This document shows, in pieces, positions 52,431-64,000 of a DNA stretch of 64,000 nucleotides. Position numbers and translations under genes: made by a program. Each line of letters opens with the position of its first letter. The stretch's first letter is position 1. The notes beneath the pieces are model-generated. The model was not told the DNA's origin, searched no databases, and was given only the letters and a program-made list of their open reading frames with translations. This stretch comes from Rhina ancylostomus (lineage: Eukaryota). The stretch is from the NCBI GenBank assembly GCA_030265395.1, contig JARFYF010000084.1, positions 90,498,920 to 90,562,919 on the forward strand, given 5' to 3'.

Positions 52431-53059
52431 GTTGGTTGTGCCTGGATGTTCTGTTTTATTATAGGAATGGGTAGCATAACCACACATTAGACCACAGCCA
52501 GGCAGCCCTGGTCTCTGCACACCCATCCACTCAGTCTCACTTAACCTAAATTGACTCCCTGGTGACAGCTTCCTTCCATGGTTGCCTGGAATTCAAATCA
52601 TCACAAAGTGAGACCAGAACAAACCTTCCCCATGCAGTTGATGGGAAAAAAAATCATTTGGCAGCCAGCTAAGCCATGCCACTGATTTGGCTGGCTGTCA
52701 AAAATTATGAATGTTTCTGAATGTCTCTGACATTCAAATGCATTTAAAAAAAATCAAATTATTAACACATTCTAAAGATCATTAAAAGTAAAAAAAAAGT
52801 AATTACAAATAAAGAATTAAAACCTTTTAAATTAATTTTAATTTTTTAAGTACATTCAATTAAAAATATGTATATCAATTGTCTAATAGGGTTCCTAAGT
52901 AAAAGTAATGAAGTGCAATAAGTTCAAACTCATTGCTTGAATTTGAGTAGAACTCTGGCACCTCTCCAAAAAATCCAGACCATTATCCAACTAATAAAAG
53001 CTAGGAAATGGCTTGTGACTCTTATTAATAATAATATCAACTTGCATCTAGGTAAAACA

Positions 53060-54050
53060 TAATAAAATGTCTTAAGGGAGTTCATGGGAGCAATTATTAA
53101 AATAAGTTGTACACCAGGTGAAGTAAAGCACTATCAATAGCTTGGATTAAAAAGCAGGTTTTAAAGACCATCTTAAAGGAGAAGAGGGGGAGGAGTTTCA
53201 GAGAAGAATTCCACAGTTTAAGGTCATGATGGTGAGATGATAACAATCTCAGAAGGCTGTAGGGATGGAGGAAGTTAGGGAGATAGAGACAACGGTTATA
53301 AAATCATGGATGGATTTGTAAGCAGGAGTTAGAATTTTCAGATTAAGGCACTGGCAGACTCAGATCCAATAGTAGAATCCTGGAGAGATATGACACAGAA
53401 ATAGGTCCTTCAGTTCACTGACCATCAACCACCCATTTACACTAATCCTATATTAATCTCATTTTTCTCCCTGTATTCCCTTTAATTCTCCCCAGCTTCT
53501 GCCATTCATCTACACAATGGGGGCAATTGCAGTGGCCAATTAATTTACCAACCTTCATGTCAAAGTCTAGTTTATTGTTATATGTGCAAATACATGTATG
53601 CACAGGTCCAATGAGAAACTTGCTTGCAGCAGCATCACAAGCACATAACATTAGAGACATTTGGGATGTTGAAGGGAATGGGAGCACCCAGAGAAAACCC
53701 ATAAGGATAGTGTGCATTGTCTGCTCAGAGCAACACCAGAAGTCAGGATTGAAGCTGGGTCTCAGTTAGAGTTAGGTCAGAGTTAGGATTTGTCACATAG
53801 AGTTTTCAATGAGCTCAGGTTTACACTGGGTAAAGCAAGGGAGGCTAGCCTGGAGTGAGTTAGAATGACTGAGGTTGGAGATGACAAAGGTATGGGTGAC
53901 TTATTTCAACAGCAGAGGCATGGTTGATAATGCAGAGTTGCAGGAAACTGGTTTTGGTAAGGTAGGGTCAAGTGGAGTGCCAAGACTGTGAACAATCAAG
54001 CTCATCCTCAGACATTCTCCAGGGAGAGGGATGGGATTAGTGGTGGAGGC
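53060..54050 (-). mobile_element. L2-like LINE fragment with a nested HE1-like SINE (about 53390-53770)
   Basis: The SINE on the minus strand (caaccacccatttacactaatcct..gggcaattgcagtggccaattaat) interrupts purine-rich L2-like sequence. Confidence 0.55.
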
Positions 54051-55874
54051 ATATCAATAATCTGACAAGGAATCTGTTGAGTAGCTGACTGCAATTATTT
54101 GTGGTTTCTGGTGAATGCAGATGTTTTTATTATTTTCACCAAATAATGAATTATATTGAAAGCAAGTACATGTTAGTGATAAGGAAATGGTGCAATTTTT
54201 GTTTTCACTGGTATGCAAGAACTGAAGCGTATTTATTTAAATGGTAGAGCTAGGTTTATGGCAAATAATTTGTGGTACTACAGCAGCAATAAACTGAACT
54301 GTTCTTTTGAACCAATGCTCAATCTAAGTTCTCAGTCTTAACTAGGTGGGGTGCTTTTTAATAATATACTTAAGGTTAACCTGATTGCATTTTTGGCTTT
54401 CATTATAGTGACTTCACATTAGAGCTCCATTGACTGTAATTATGTCCAGACCCCGACCCAAATGTTTCTCCCTGGCTGCATAGCTTAATACACCAGCAAA
54501 AAATGAACTGCTGGAAAATCCTAGCCAGCTGAGCAGCATTTACGGAAGCAAAGTGATGGCTTAATCTACTACCTTATCATCAGTAGCTTGAAATGTATGA
54601 TGAAACACAAAAACCTGAACTTAAAATAATGATAGATGCAGCCAGTGTGAGCATTGTAAGCAATGTATCCTGTACAACTAACTATCCTCCATCTCTTTGA
54701 AAGTCATCAAGCAAGGTGAGAAAAATGGAGTGTCTGTGTCAGCCTCATACAGTTGTAAGGGAGAGGGATAGAGTCATTGCCTATGGAATGAGTTAGTAGT
54801 AGGACAACAGCTTAATTTGTTAATACTGAAGGAAAAAAGTCTGGGTTTGACACTGAAACCATTCACAGGCCTTCTTCAAATTATGGGCTTGTAGTATTTA
54901 ATTCAGAACCACTAGAAAGGACTGATTGAGTCTCAATTTAATACCCCATATTAGAAATGGACCAATTCGTCCTCAGTCACTTGTAATAATAATGGCCATA
55001 ATGTAATAGTGGCCAGTGTGTTGTACTCCATTTCTAAAATTCATTTTTGTTGAAGTCAGTGGAAATGAAACCACCAATATATTCATTTCTCTAAAGCAAT
55101 AGAGGACTAATTTTTACTTCATCAATTTCTTAAAAATTGATGTCATCAATCACTGATATACTGGAATGCCATTTTAAATTGTAGATTGCAGATTAAGCAT
55201 GGAGACTTGTGATTCAGATGTTGCCAAATGAGTCGAGTTGTAATTTTATTGGGCAGCGTAGGCTTCCATAATATGAATGTGCACGGGAATGAATTGCAAA
55301 ACCAGTTCTGAAGAGTTGTTCAGTTTGTTTTGTAGATTATTTCTGACTGAAAGCTGTTCTGCAGTGGAAATCATGCAATGACATCAATACCAACTATAAA
55401 CCTACTCAGGAAAGATGGGCATACTTAGTGTCCCATTTGAATTTACTGGACAATCATTTTAGTTCAGCTTTTATTTCAAGTTGATGATAAAACATGCTTC
55501 TGGTTCCTGTCATTTGATTGATTTNNNNNNNTTGCACTGCTTCCTGTTGTAGATGGGTTTTACAGAACTGACAGGAAGTGTTCAGTTATGCTTTGCTGCT
55601 GGCAAGTAACTACATTTGCAGAATGCTTGCACTTCCGTGGTTCAGAGTTTACTGTGAGATACTGGCAAAGCCAAACTAACTTTCAGAAAATATTCTCAGC
55701 ATTTTGGAATAAAATCAATCACTGTAGTAAAACATTTGTGAAAAGTATTATTAATGATGATGTGTTAGGGCTGTGCTAAAAGACTGTTGCTGGAAAGTTT
55801 CACAATCCTACTCCGGAGAAGATCCATCCAATTAATTAATTGCAATGTTACGCCACAGATACATTTGCTGCACC

Positions 55875-56170
55875 CCTGTCTCTGGGTTCAAAGGTTATGG
55901 ATTGGAGGCCCACAGAGGATTTGAACTCCAATCATAGATCATACTCTTTTTGGAGTATTAGGGGTGCAGCATTATTGGTGAAGAAACTAATCACCCAGTG
56001 CATTAAACTCTCTAGCTAGTTCAAATGGGCATTAGTTACCTGTGCCACTATTGGAAGTGAGGCCCATAATTTGGCCTTCCTCCCACGCCTCCTTGACCTG
56101 AAACAAATACGAAGCAGCTGGTTTGATATTCTTTGTTTGATACACTGCTGTTGCTGGAAAAGTGCAGGGA
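55875..56170 (+). mobile_element. Decayed DeuSINE-like element
   Basis: The layout parallels the 49025 copy and the reverse complement of the 61270 copy. Confidence 0.35.
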
Positions 56171-56239
56171 GAAAATCATCCTTGTATTCCTAGCAGTATA
56201 CATCCAATATTGTACTGGGTATGATTATTCACCACATAC

Positions 56240-56790
56240 AAAATCATCATCTCCTCCTTTGGCAGTCAGTCATCATCGGGGATGCTTGCATTCCAAATTT
56301 GTAGTTTTAGAGGTGACTAATGAGGCCACTGTGAGGACTGTATACTCTTCTAAACAGGTGGAGCCGGAGGTGGCTGATGGGGTGTGTTGATGGGGTATGT
56401 GTGAGGCAGTGCATCTTACTGTGTGCTCCTGATGCATGGCTTCAAGACTCTCTATGTTATCCTGAAAGCTCCTTCTCCATTTTGAGTGGTGATGGGCCAG
56501 AATTTTCCAGTGGGGAACTTCTTCAAGAAAAATTTGAGCACAAACTTGAATCTTCTATCTGCCTGGTAATCACCTTCCACAACTGAAATTTGAATAACAA
56601 AATGTCTGTTTCAGATGTCTAGTAACTGGCAGTGAATGATACAGCCAGCACAACATAGCCAACATGTTGGCCTGGGAGAGGTCACTGACATTGAGTCACA
56701 GTGAATTTGGAGAATTTTGCAGAAATAGCACTGGTGTCTTTCCATTGCCTTGAAATGCCCACTGCAGGTAGTCTAACACTGCAGGTAGTC
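56240..56790 (-). mobile_element. RTE/RTEX-like LINE 3' fragment
   Basis: The minus strand ends in a (tga)n-like tail (tcatcatc on +). Decayed coding-like sequence lies upstream. Confidence 0.35.
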
Positions 56791-56793
56791 TGA
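56760..56793. repeat. 17-bp tandem duplication
   Basis: cactgcaggtagtctaa / cactgcaggtagtctga. Confidence 0.85.
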
Positions 56794-57198
56794 AGGTAGG
56801 TATCATTGCTGACCAATAAACCATGAGTTTTGTGTCAAGTCTGACACCTTTATCTTCAAATACTTCAAACAACAGAAGGTCATTCTGGCGNNNNNNNNNN
56901 NNNNNNNNNNNNNNNNNNNNNNNNNNNNNNNNNNNNNNNNNNNNNNNNNNNNNNNNNNNNNNNNNNNNNNNNNNNNNNNNNNNNNNNNNNNNNNNNNNNN
57001 NNNNNNNNNNNNNNNNNNNNNNNNNNNNNNNNNNNNNNNNNNNNNNNNNNNNNNNNNNNNNNNNNNNNNNNNNNNNNNNNNNNNNNNNNNNNNNNNNNNN
57101 NNNNNNNNNNNNNNNNNNNNNNNNNNNNNNNNNNNNNNNNNNNNNNNNNNNNNNNNNNNNNNNNNNNTTGAGGAGGAAGGTGGATTAACAGCAAGAAC

Positions 57199-58182
57199 AA
57201 AGTCAGTTCTGTTAAGAGGAAAACAGCCTTTATATGGTGGAACTTCTGTTTACTTTAAGCCTCAAGTAAGCCTAATTGGGCCAGAGCAAAAGTTGGCAAT
57301 GCCTTTCACTTTATTTCAATGCAAAGTAGCTACAGATTGAAACCTTCTGGCTGTGCAGTGTATGCAAATCTTTCTTTCTGCACCTCTGAGTGGCCCATAT
57401 GCTTAACCAATTAGATACCGACTCTATCCTCTGTAGTGTGGGCAAGCAAATGCATGTAAACACGTGGTTGGCTGTTGTTCTCTGAAAAAAAATATTTCTA
57501 CAGCTGTGGCAGGATGTGGGTGCTGATATAATTCTTTTCTGCTGTTGGTCACATGAACAAAACCAGTGTGACACAGTAGCCATTGCATTGGGCTGGCATT
57601 GGTGGAGTCCTGAGAGTAGAAACAGTGTAGTTCCTTGGTCATCACTGTGGGTGTGGTAGAATCCCCATCTACAAACTGTCTAAGTTGTTGTGTTTACCAG
57701 ACATCAATGAATTCATGGTAAGGTGCAACCTTAGAAATCCTGAGGTAAGTTTTGGTTTTCCAATGTGTCTGTTGCTGTTTACTGCTTATTAACATCATGC
57801 GATATATTGGAGTGGAAAATATATGGGGCTGCAGATAAGGAAGCAAAGGGATAAAGCGGTTTCCTCTTTAACAAAAAAAGAAGTAAGTTTAAAACTTAGT
57901 TCAAAATTTAATTATTTACAAGTTTCTTTGAATGTTTTCAGCTAACTTTTTTATTTTTGAAAGATTTTAATAATTAGTTATTTTGTTTTCAGTAGTCTTA
58001 AACGTCATTGAAAGTCAGTTCTATGAAAAGAGAAAAACAGCCTTGATGTAGTGAAACCTATTTTTCACTTTAAGCTTCAAGTACTTAGTTGGGCAGGGCA
58101 ACAGTAGCCAACGCCTTTCACTTCATTTCAGTGCAAAGTAGCCACAATTTGAATCTTTCAAACTGTGTAGTATGTGCAAATC
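57199..58182. repeat. Diverged direct repeat, about 172 bp x2 (57199-57370 and 58011-58182)
   Basis: The blocks aaagtcagttct, aaaacagcctt, actttaagc.tcaagta, gcctttcactt.atttca.tgcaaagtagc.aca and tgcaaatc are collinear in both copies. Confidence 0.85.
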
Positions 58183-59899
58183 AAAGACATTCAGGAAATT
58201 TTTAAACCTTGTCAGCCTTGGCTTTCTGAAAATCCATGGGTGGGGTCGTCAAAGCTGTTGGGGTGGAACGTCTTCAGTGTGTAATAGAACTGCCTGCAGT
58301 CAGTTGGCCTATGTCTCTGGAGCCCTGGGTTCTGCGGGCCTGTAAGGTAGGCCTGTGGTATTTGGACCAGGTAGGTTCTGGCATGTGAGTGGTGATTATA
58401 TGTGGAAGGACAGTCCCAAAGTGATCTGACCCATCCTGTCAACGCCCTGGAGTTGTAATACACCATGCATCTTCACTGAACACACTACCGCTGTTTACTA
58501 TGGTAGCTCCCCAACATCTCCTCAAAGGCATTTAGTTGGACGATAATTCCTCACCTCCTTTGCACATGCCCACATCCCATGGAAGAATAAAGTATTCAGA
58601 TGTACATGTCCTCTTAATGACTGCTTTGATTATTCAAATACTGAGTCCTTCAGAGAGAAATTTGCAATTGGTTACATGCACAAATGGGCAACAGATGTAT
58701 GGTTTACCCCATTTCCAAAATTCAGTTCCTTTAAAGTTCATCGAAGCAAATTTTGAAAGTGGAGTACTCAAGAGACCATTATTCCAAAACCCACATAACA
58801 CTTTGAACTAAGGATGGATTTCTGTCCAACTCCAATCATGTAGAATTTTGAATTTTAACATTTAAACATGAGGCATGAAGTGTTGATCTTTGTCTTCTAG
58901 AGTGATTCAGGCAACAAATTGCATATTATGTGCTCTATTGTGCTGAATAAAATGCACATCTGTTTGTTCCAACCATTTTATCCATCCTGGAGTAAAGGAT
59001 GCAGCTCCCTGAATATATTATTTAAATTCCATGTAGTGTATTTTTAAACAGGACTTCTCATTGGTTTTTTACTTCTCTACTTGGTTGTGTGGTATTCTCT
59101 ATTTGAAGTTAAGAGAGAGAATTTGGTTCCCCAATACAGCTGTATTCACTCTGATGGACCATTGAACCAAAATGTTTCTTTTCACAGGAAGCACAGGTTT
59201 ATTCTCTAAATTATGTTAAGTCATTTTGCAGGTGGGGTGCCACTATTCAGTAAGGGTGGGTAGAAATGCCAAGTTTCCAGGTCCTAATCACTCTTTTATG
59301 ACTCTAGTTGGATGTGTGAATTGGTCAATTTAGATTTAATATTCCAGTGAACTTCAGCTACTCATCAATTTGCTTAACATAAGACATATAGTTGGTTAGA
59401 TGAAGTAGTGTGAAGTGACGAGCACCACCAGAATGCTACTTCATCAAGGAATCTATGTAGGGGAAACAGTGAAGGAAAACACAATAGGAAAAGGGAGGAT
59501 AAATAAAATGGACCTGATGTACACAAGAAGCTGGGAAAGTTAACCAAAATATCTNNNNNNNNNNNNNNNNNNNNNNNNNNNNNNNNNNNNNNNNNNNNNN
59601 NNNNNNNNNNNNNNNNNNNNNNNNNNNNNNNNNNNNNNNNNNNNNNNNNNNNNNNNNNNNNNNNNNNNNNNNNNNNNNNNNNNNNNNNNNNNNNNNNNNN
59701 NNNNNNNNNNNNNNTATGATTGGGGAAGGGGAATGAGGTCCTGATTGTGGGTGAGGACAAGAAGGCTGTATTTGGTGGAGGAGAAACAGAGAGACTGTGA
59801 TTCAGTGGGGGGTGGGGAGGGGGGAGTCCAGATTTGGGGAGAGGGGAGAGTTTGTTATCATGAGTATGGAATGAGACTTTGGCGAAAAAGGGCAGTTGC

Positions 59900-60480
59900 A
59901 ATTGCAAGCGTACAAGATTGGAGTAAAGCTGTCTTGCTGCAATTACATAGAGTCCTGATGAGATCACATGTGGAATACTGTGTTGAGGTCTGGTCTCCCT
60001 ACCTATAGAAGGATGTACATCCATTAGGAGTTGTGCAGTGGAGATTCACCAGATCGATCCCTGGGGTATAAGGTATGCTTTGTAAGGAGAGATTAGACAT
60101 ATTGAGTTTAAAAGAATGAGAGATAATTTCACTGAAAGGTACACAATTTTTAAGGGGCTTGTTGCCAGTTTGATGTTTCCCCTGGTTGAGATGTCTTGGA
60201 TAGAGGTCACAATCTCAAGATAAGAGGTTGGCTATTCAGGACCAAGCTGAAAAGAAATTTCTTTATCCAGTGACAGTGAGTCTTTGGAATTCGCTACCCA
60301 AGAGGGCTATGGAGTTTTAGAAGTTAAGTATATTCAAGATATAGAAGGATAATTTTTTAAAATATATTGAGCAAATTATTGGGTAAGGGGTCAGTGCAGG
60401 AAGGTGGCTCTTGGCTAAAATCTCAGCCATGAATGTTGGATCAGTCTTGAGCTGAATAGCCTTTTCCTGCTACCATTTCA
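59900..60480 (+). mobile_element. CR1 3' fragment
   Basis: SKAVLLQLHRVLMRSHVEYCVEVWSPYL, matching the CR1 motif LY..LVRPHLEYCVQFWSP. Confidence 0.8.
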
Positions 60481-61269
60481 TTCACTCTCATTTTCCTGCA
60501 CAATTGGGAGGGGTGAGAGAGGCCAGGGATCAGGACATGGGAAGGGATCAATATTTGTGGGCTGTGGAGAGGTCATTGATTCAGACTTACTTGGGGGAGG
60601 GAGGAGTGCTGGTTGTTGGGGCTGACCTACAATTGGTGAGCTGTGACTTCTGGATGAGGCAGGGCGCGGTGAAAGGCCTGATGGACTCTCTTGCTGCTCC
60701 TGGCTCTCAAGGAGTCTAGCAAAAGCTACTTGTGGGGCTGGGAGCACCCGCTCCTATTTCACTTCTGGGAAATCCAGGTAGGCAACAGTAAATGTTGAAT
60801 TGATCTTTCACTTACACTTGTGAGAGTCAGATTTCAATGACAGATCTGGCTCTGCATTCTGGGATACACAGCTACCCTGATATTCAGAACTTTGAAAAGA
60901 GAAATGGGTTGAAGCATGGCAGGCCACTTTCCTACTTATTTTATAAGTTTCTCTTCTGCCCCTCTTGGAGGGGTTAATACTGAGGTGATTAGGTGAGTAA
61001 TCACTAGCAGAGAAGCTTATCTAAATACCGGTATTCATTTGTTTGGGGTCACATTCACAGGATTAATAATCACTAATGGCAAGAAATAGGGATTATTGAA
61101 ATTGGTTATAGATAGAGTCATAGAGTATTACAGCTTGGGAACAGGCCCTTCCACCCAATATGCATTGTTATAGGCTAGTAAAGTGGCTCTTTTGGATGGA
61201 AGTTAAGTGGAACAAATGTAGAATTTATTTAAGTCACATTTGATTATCGGTGCTAAAGAATATTGCCTC

Positions 61270-61520
61270 TGGTTGCATTCACCTTTGTAGATTCATTTAC
61301 ATTGTGTGGTTAACTCCAGTATATTAATTCAATGAAATAGAAAATGAATTCTTCTGCCCACATGAGGCATCAGACAAGTTCTTAGATCAACATCTGTGAT
61401 AGTGTGGTACTCCTTCAATACTGCAATGAAATGTTAGACAAGAATTTTGTGCAGTAGGTTCAGGAGCGGGATTTGAACTGACAAACTTTGAGATTCAGAG
61501 GCCAGTGTAACTGACCATAT
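61270..61520 (-). mobile_element. DeuSINE-like element (5' part)
   Basis: The minus strand has a tRNA-like head ctctgaatctcaaagtttgtcagttcaaatcccgctcc followed by gcagtattgaaggagtaccacact. Confidence 0.5.
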
Positions 61521-62974
61521 TTTGATGACCTTGTGTCAATTTCAGGATAGTGACATAAAATGAGTAAAAGTTGATAGAAATATTTGACAGCAGGAAGTGA
61601 AGTTTTGTAGAAAAAAAAACTGCACGTAGCTGTTTTCTCACATGCTTTAGTTGGCTTTCAGTGTTATTGTACCACATAAACCTAATCTGATTAAAGCTTT
61701 AGAAGTGTATTTTCTAGCACTTATTCAACCAATTTAGAAAATTAATCGAGCAGGAACTGCGAGAAACTAAAGAGAAAAGATATTACTTGTGTACAGCTGG
61801 ATAAAAATATTAGTGTTTCCTGGGAAATTGAGACAATCCAAATTCAGCTGATTATTATTTGCTGGAACATGAATATCATCCAAGGCCAGCCTCTTGGGAG
61901 ATGCTGGCACTCTCAGATAAAAATGCAATGAAACAGTTTAAATATGAAAAAGACAGTTCTGTTGATTTGGCAATCTTATTGCCAAAATAGGTTTTATTTT
62001 AATCTGTCTCTATTTGGGATGTGAGGAGTTTCAATTATAGGGGGAAAATAAAATAAAACATTTTCAGCCTGGAACTTCCAAAAATCTTTTCTTTTTAGTG
62101 TTTTGCTGGATAATGTAACTGAAATTATAGCAGGAGCAAACGTGTCACCAGGTTTTAAGCATAAAAGCTGTTAGCTTGTGTGTGTTGCTCTGACTCTTGT
62201 GTGTTGAACCTTTGTGAATCAGGAGGGATTGAGAGCTGTGACATTACTAGCAAGACACCCAAGTCCCACTGTACTGGGAAGATTTGAAACACTGTCCAAA
62301 CTTTGGCTCACTTGAGGGGTCTGCCTTCACTATCCCTTCATTGATGCAAGTTCTAAGAGTCCCCTGAATTCCAATTGTAAGGGACCACTTAGAATATGGA
62401 ACAAAAGAATCACTCCTGAAATTTCATGGGTCCAAATCAGGGCCCGTGACAGGGCAAGTACATCTGTCCCGACAAGCAAGCATCCACCAAGTTTACATTA
62501 ATTGGATCCAAGAGAAGGGATTTGGAAAACTCCCTGTCCTAGGTTACACCCTTCTTGCAGCTCTCACCCTGCATTGTGGGAAAAGAGGCCACCATTGATA
62601 CTCCTGCACAGGGAGAATCTAGGATAGTCTTGTTCCAATAGACTCCAATCAAAGATAAATCAGAAGTATGCTGGAAAAACCATCAACTTTTTTTTAGGGC
62701 AAGCTTCTTAATAACAAAACATTTTTCAATTCCCCTTGCTTTCTGTAAAATATATCAACACAGGCAAGATAGATGAATAAGGTGAAGTGGGGGAATATTT
62801 GGACAGGGAATGGAGCTTTTTATTCTAATTGATTTTATATTCATTCTGTCCCTAATATAGGTAATAGATGCTGCCAGCTGACCTTCCACTGTCCAATCAG
62901 AATCATTTTAATAAATGTAATCAATATTGGTTATAATATTAATTATAATAGAATAATTGTCTATACAAGCTGGC

Positions 62975-63003
62975 CTTACTCTTTACTTTAATATTTGTTT
63001 CAG
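62975..63003 (+). promoter_or_regulatory. BASP1: Splice acceptor of the BASP1 coding exon
   Basis: Pyrimidine-rich tract (cttactctttactttaatatttgtttcag) ending in AG at 63002-63003. Mammalian BASP1 likewise has its intron just upstream of the ATG. Confidence 0.85.
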
Positions 63004-63013
63004 AGCCTTTAAA

Positions 63014-63748
63014 ATGGGAAACACTCTGATCAGGAAGAAGAAGAACTATAAACTATCCAGTGACAAAGAGGCAGATAAAGTGGCTGAAGGCACAACAGCA
63101 GAGGATGGAGAGGCCAAAAAGGAAAGCCAGGAAGAGGCCAAATCCACAGAAGGGGCCACAGAAGGAAATGCCTCACAGAGCCAAGATAGCCAGGCCGATA
63201 AGGCCACAACAGAGGCCAAGGAAGGAGATAAGGAAACCGTGAACGAGGAGGAAAATCAGAAGCCTGAAGCCGAAAATTCACAAGCAGCTACTGAAGCAAA
63301 AGCAGAGCCTCAATCTGCGGAGCCTACTGCAGAAAAGCCTTCAGAGCCACCTCAGGCTGCCCCTGATGCCAGCTCCACAGAGACCGAGCCGTCAGCAGCA
63401 CCCGAATCCAGTAGTGAAGCGGCTTCCACTCAGCCCTCTGAAACCCCGGCGCCGGCTCCTGAAAGCAAAACGGAAGACAAGTGCTCCAGCAAGGATGAAG
63501 CGGAAGCCAAACAGACTGAGGTCTCACCTGCCCCTGCCACTCAAGAGCAAAGTAAAACTGCCGAGCCCCAGAATTTGGACTCTGCCACAAGTACCAGTGA
63601 TGCCGCTTCCAATGAGGCACCAGCAGCAGAAGCTCCCAGCTCTACCCCAGCTGGGCCTGCAGCCTCAGACAGTGCTACCCCAGCAGACACCACAGCTTCA
63701 GAGGATTCTTCGGCCATTACTGATCAAACTTTAGCTGTGCAAGAATAA
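63014..63748 (+). CDS. BASP1: Brain acid soluble protein 1 (BASP1/NAP-22/CAP-23), 244 aa, single coding exon
   Basis: The ATG at 63014 is in strong Kozak context (aaaATGG), 10 nt after a splice acceptor. The N-terminus MGNTLIRKKKNY..DKEADKVAEG parallels mammalian MGGKLSKKKKGY..EKDKKAEG. Internal blocks EAKAEP, EAKQTEVSPAPATQE and EAPAAEAPSSTPAGPAAS and the C-terminus TDQTLAVQE (human SDQTVTVKE) match recalled BASP1. Composition is acidic, A/E/P/S/T-rich and low-complexity. Confidence 0.93.
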   Translation: MGNTLIRKKKNYKLSSDKEADKVAEGTTAEDGEAKKESQEEAKSTEGATEGNASQSQDSQADKATTEAKEGDKETVNEEENQKPEAENSQAATEAKAEPQSAEPTAEKPSEPPQAAPDASSTETEPSAAPESSSEAASTQPSETPAPAPESKTEDKCSSKDEAEAKQTEVSPAPATQEQSKTAEPQNLDSATSTSDAASNEAPAAEAPSSTPAGPAASDSATPADTTASEDSSAITDQTLAVQE

Positions 63749-64000
63749 TGGATGGGCCCCCGTTCGAAAACCACTCACAACCTGCATTAATTTCAAATGT
63801 ACTAACAAACTTGACCCAACTGTCTTTTACCAGAAAACACCCAAGAGGATATATCGCCGCCATCCCCCCATCTCCACCCCCCAGTCCCCCCATGCTGTGA
63901 GATTCCATCAGGAAATTTCAAACCACACCGCGAAAACGAATCCTGGACTTAAACATAGATGTCAGAAAGTTAAGTGGATTGAACATAAATCAATTGAACA
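63749..64000 (+). other. BASP1: BASP1 3'UTR (partial, runs off the window)
   Basis: Follows the TAA stop. No AATAAA is seen before the window end. Confidence 0.75.

Larger units (their letters stand above)
16508..63003 (+). other. BASP1: BASP1 intron 1 (about 46.5 kb)
   Basis: GT at 16508 to AG at 63003, filled with repeats. The pairing of donor and acceptor is inferred. Confidence 0.55.

Noticed and set aside
62957-63013. 19-aa N-terminal extension of the BASP1 ORF in the track
   Set aside because: It starts at TTG within the intron's pyrimidine tract. The true start is ATG 63014, which puts Gly at position 2.
63030-63734. Overlapping alternative-frame and antisense ORFs within BASP1
   Set aside because: They are expected by-products of biased codon composition, with no independent support.

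Overview
This is a vertebrate genomic window with many N-gaps. The repeat content (HE1/V-SINE-like, DeuSINE-like, CR1, Rex1/Babar and Penelope-like elements) suggests a cartilaginous fish; the taxon is an inference. It holds one convincing protein-coding gene, BASP1 (NAP-22/CAP-23), on the + strand. The gene model is a putative CpG-enriched promoter and non-coding exon 1 ending at 16507, an intron of about 46.5 kb, and a coding exon with the whole 244-aa CDS (63014-63748) plus the start of the 3'UTR. The rest is intergenic or intronic DNA full of decayed retroelements and two probable PIF/Harbinger fossils. The main points of interest are: a family of Penelope-like inverted-repeat elements carrying hammerhead ribozyme cores (best copy at 44080-44108, sense to the BASP1 pre-mRNA); a BASP1 N-terminus lacking Ser6; a strong-context uORF resembling the BASP1 N-terminus; and a diverged 172-bp direct repeat in the intron. 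All family assignments are from recall and by-eye comparison, with no database searches, and repeat boundaries are approximate.
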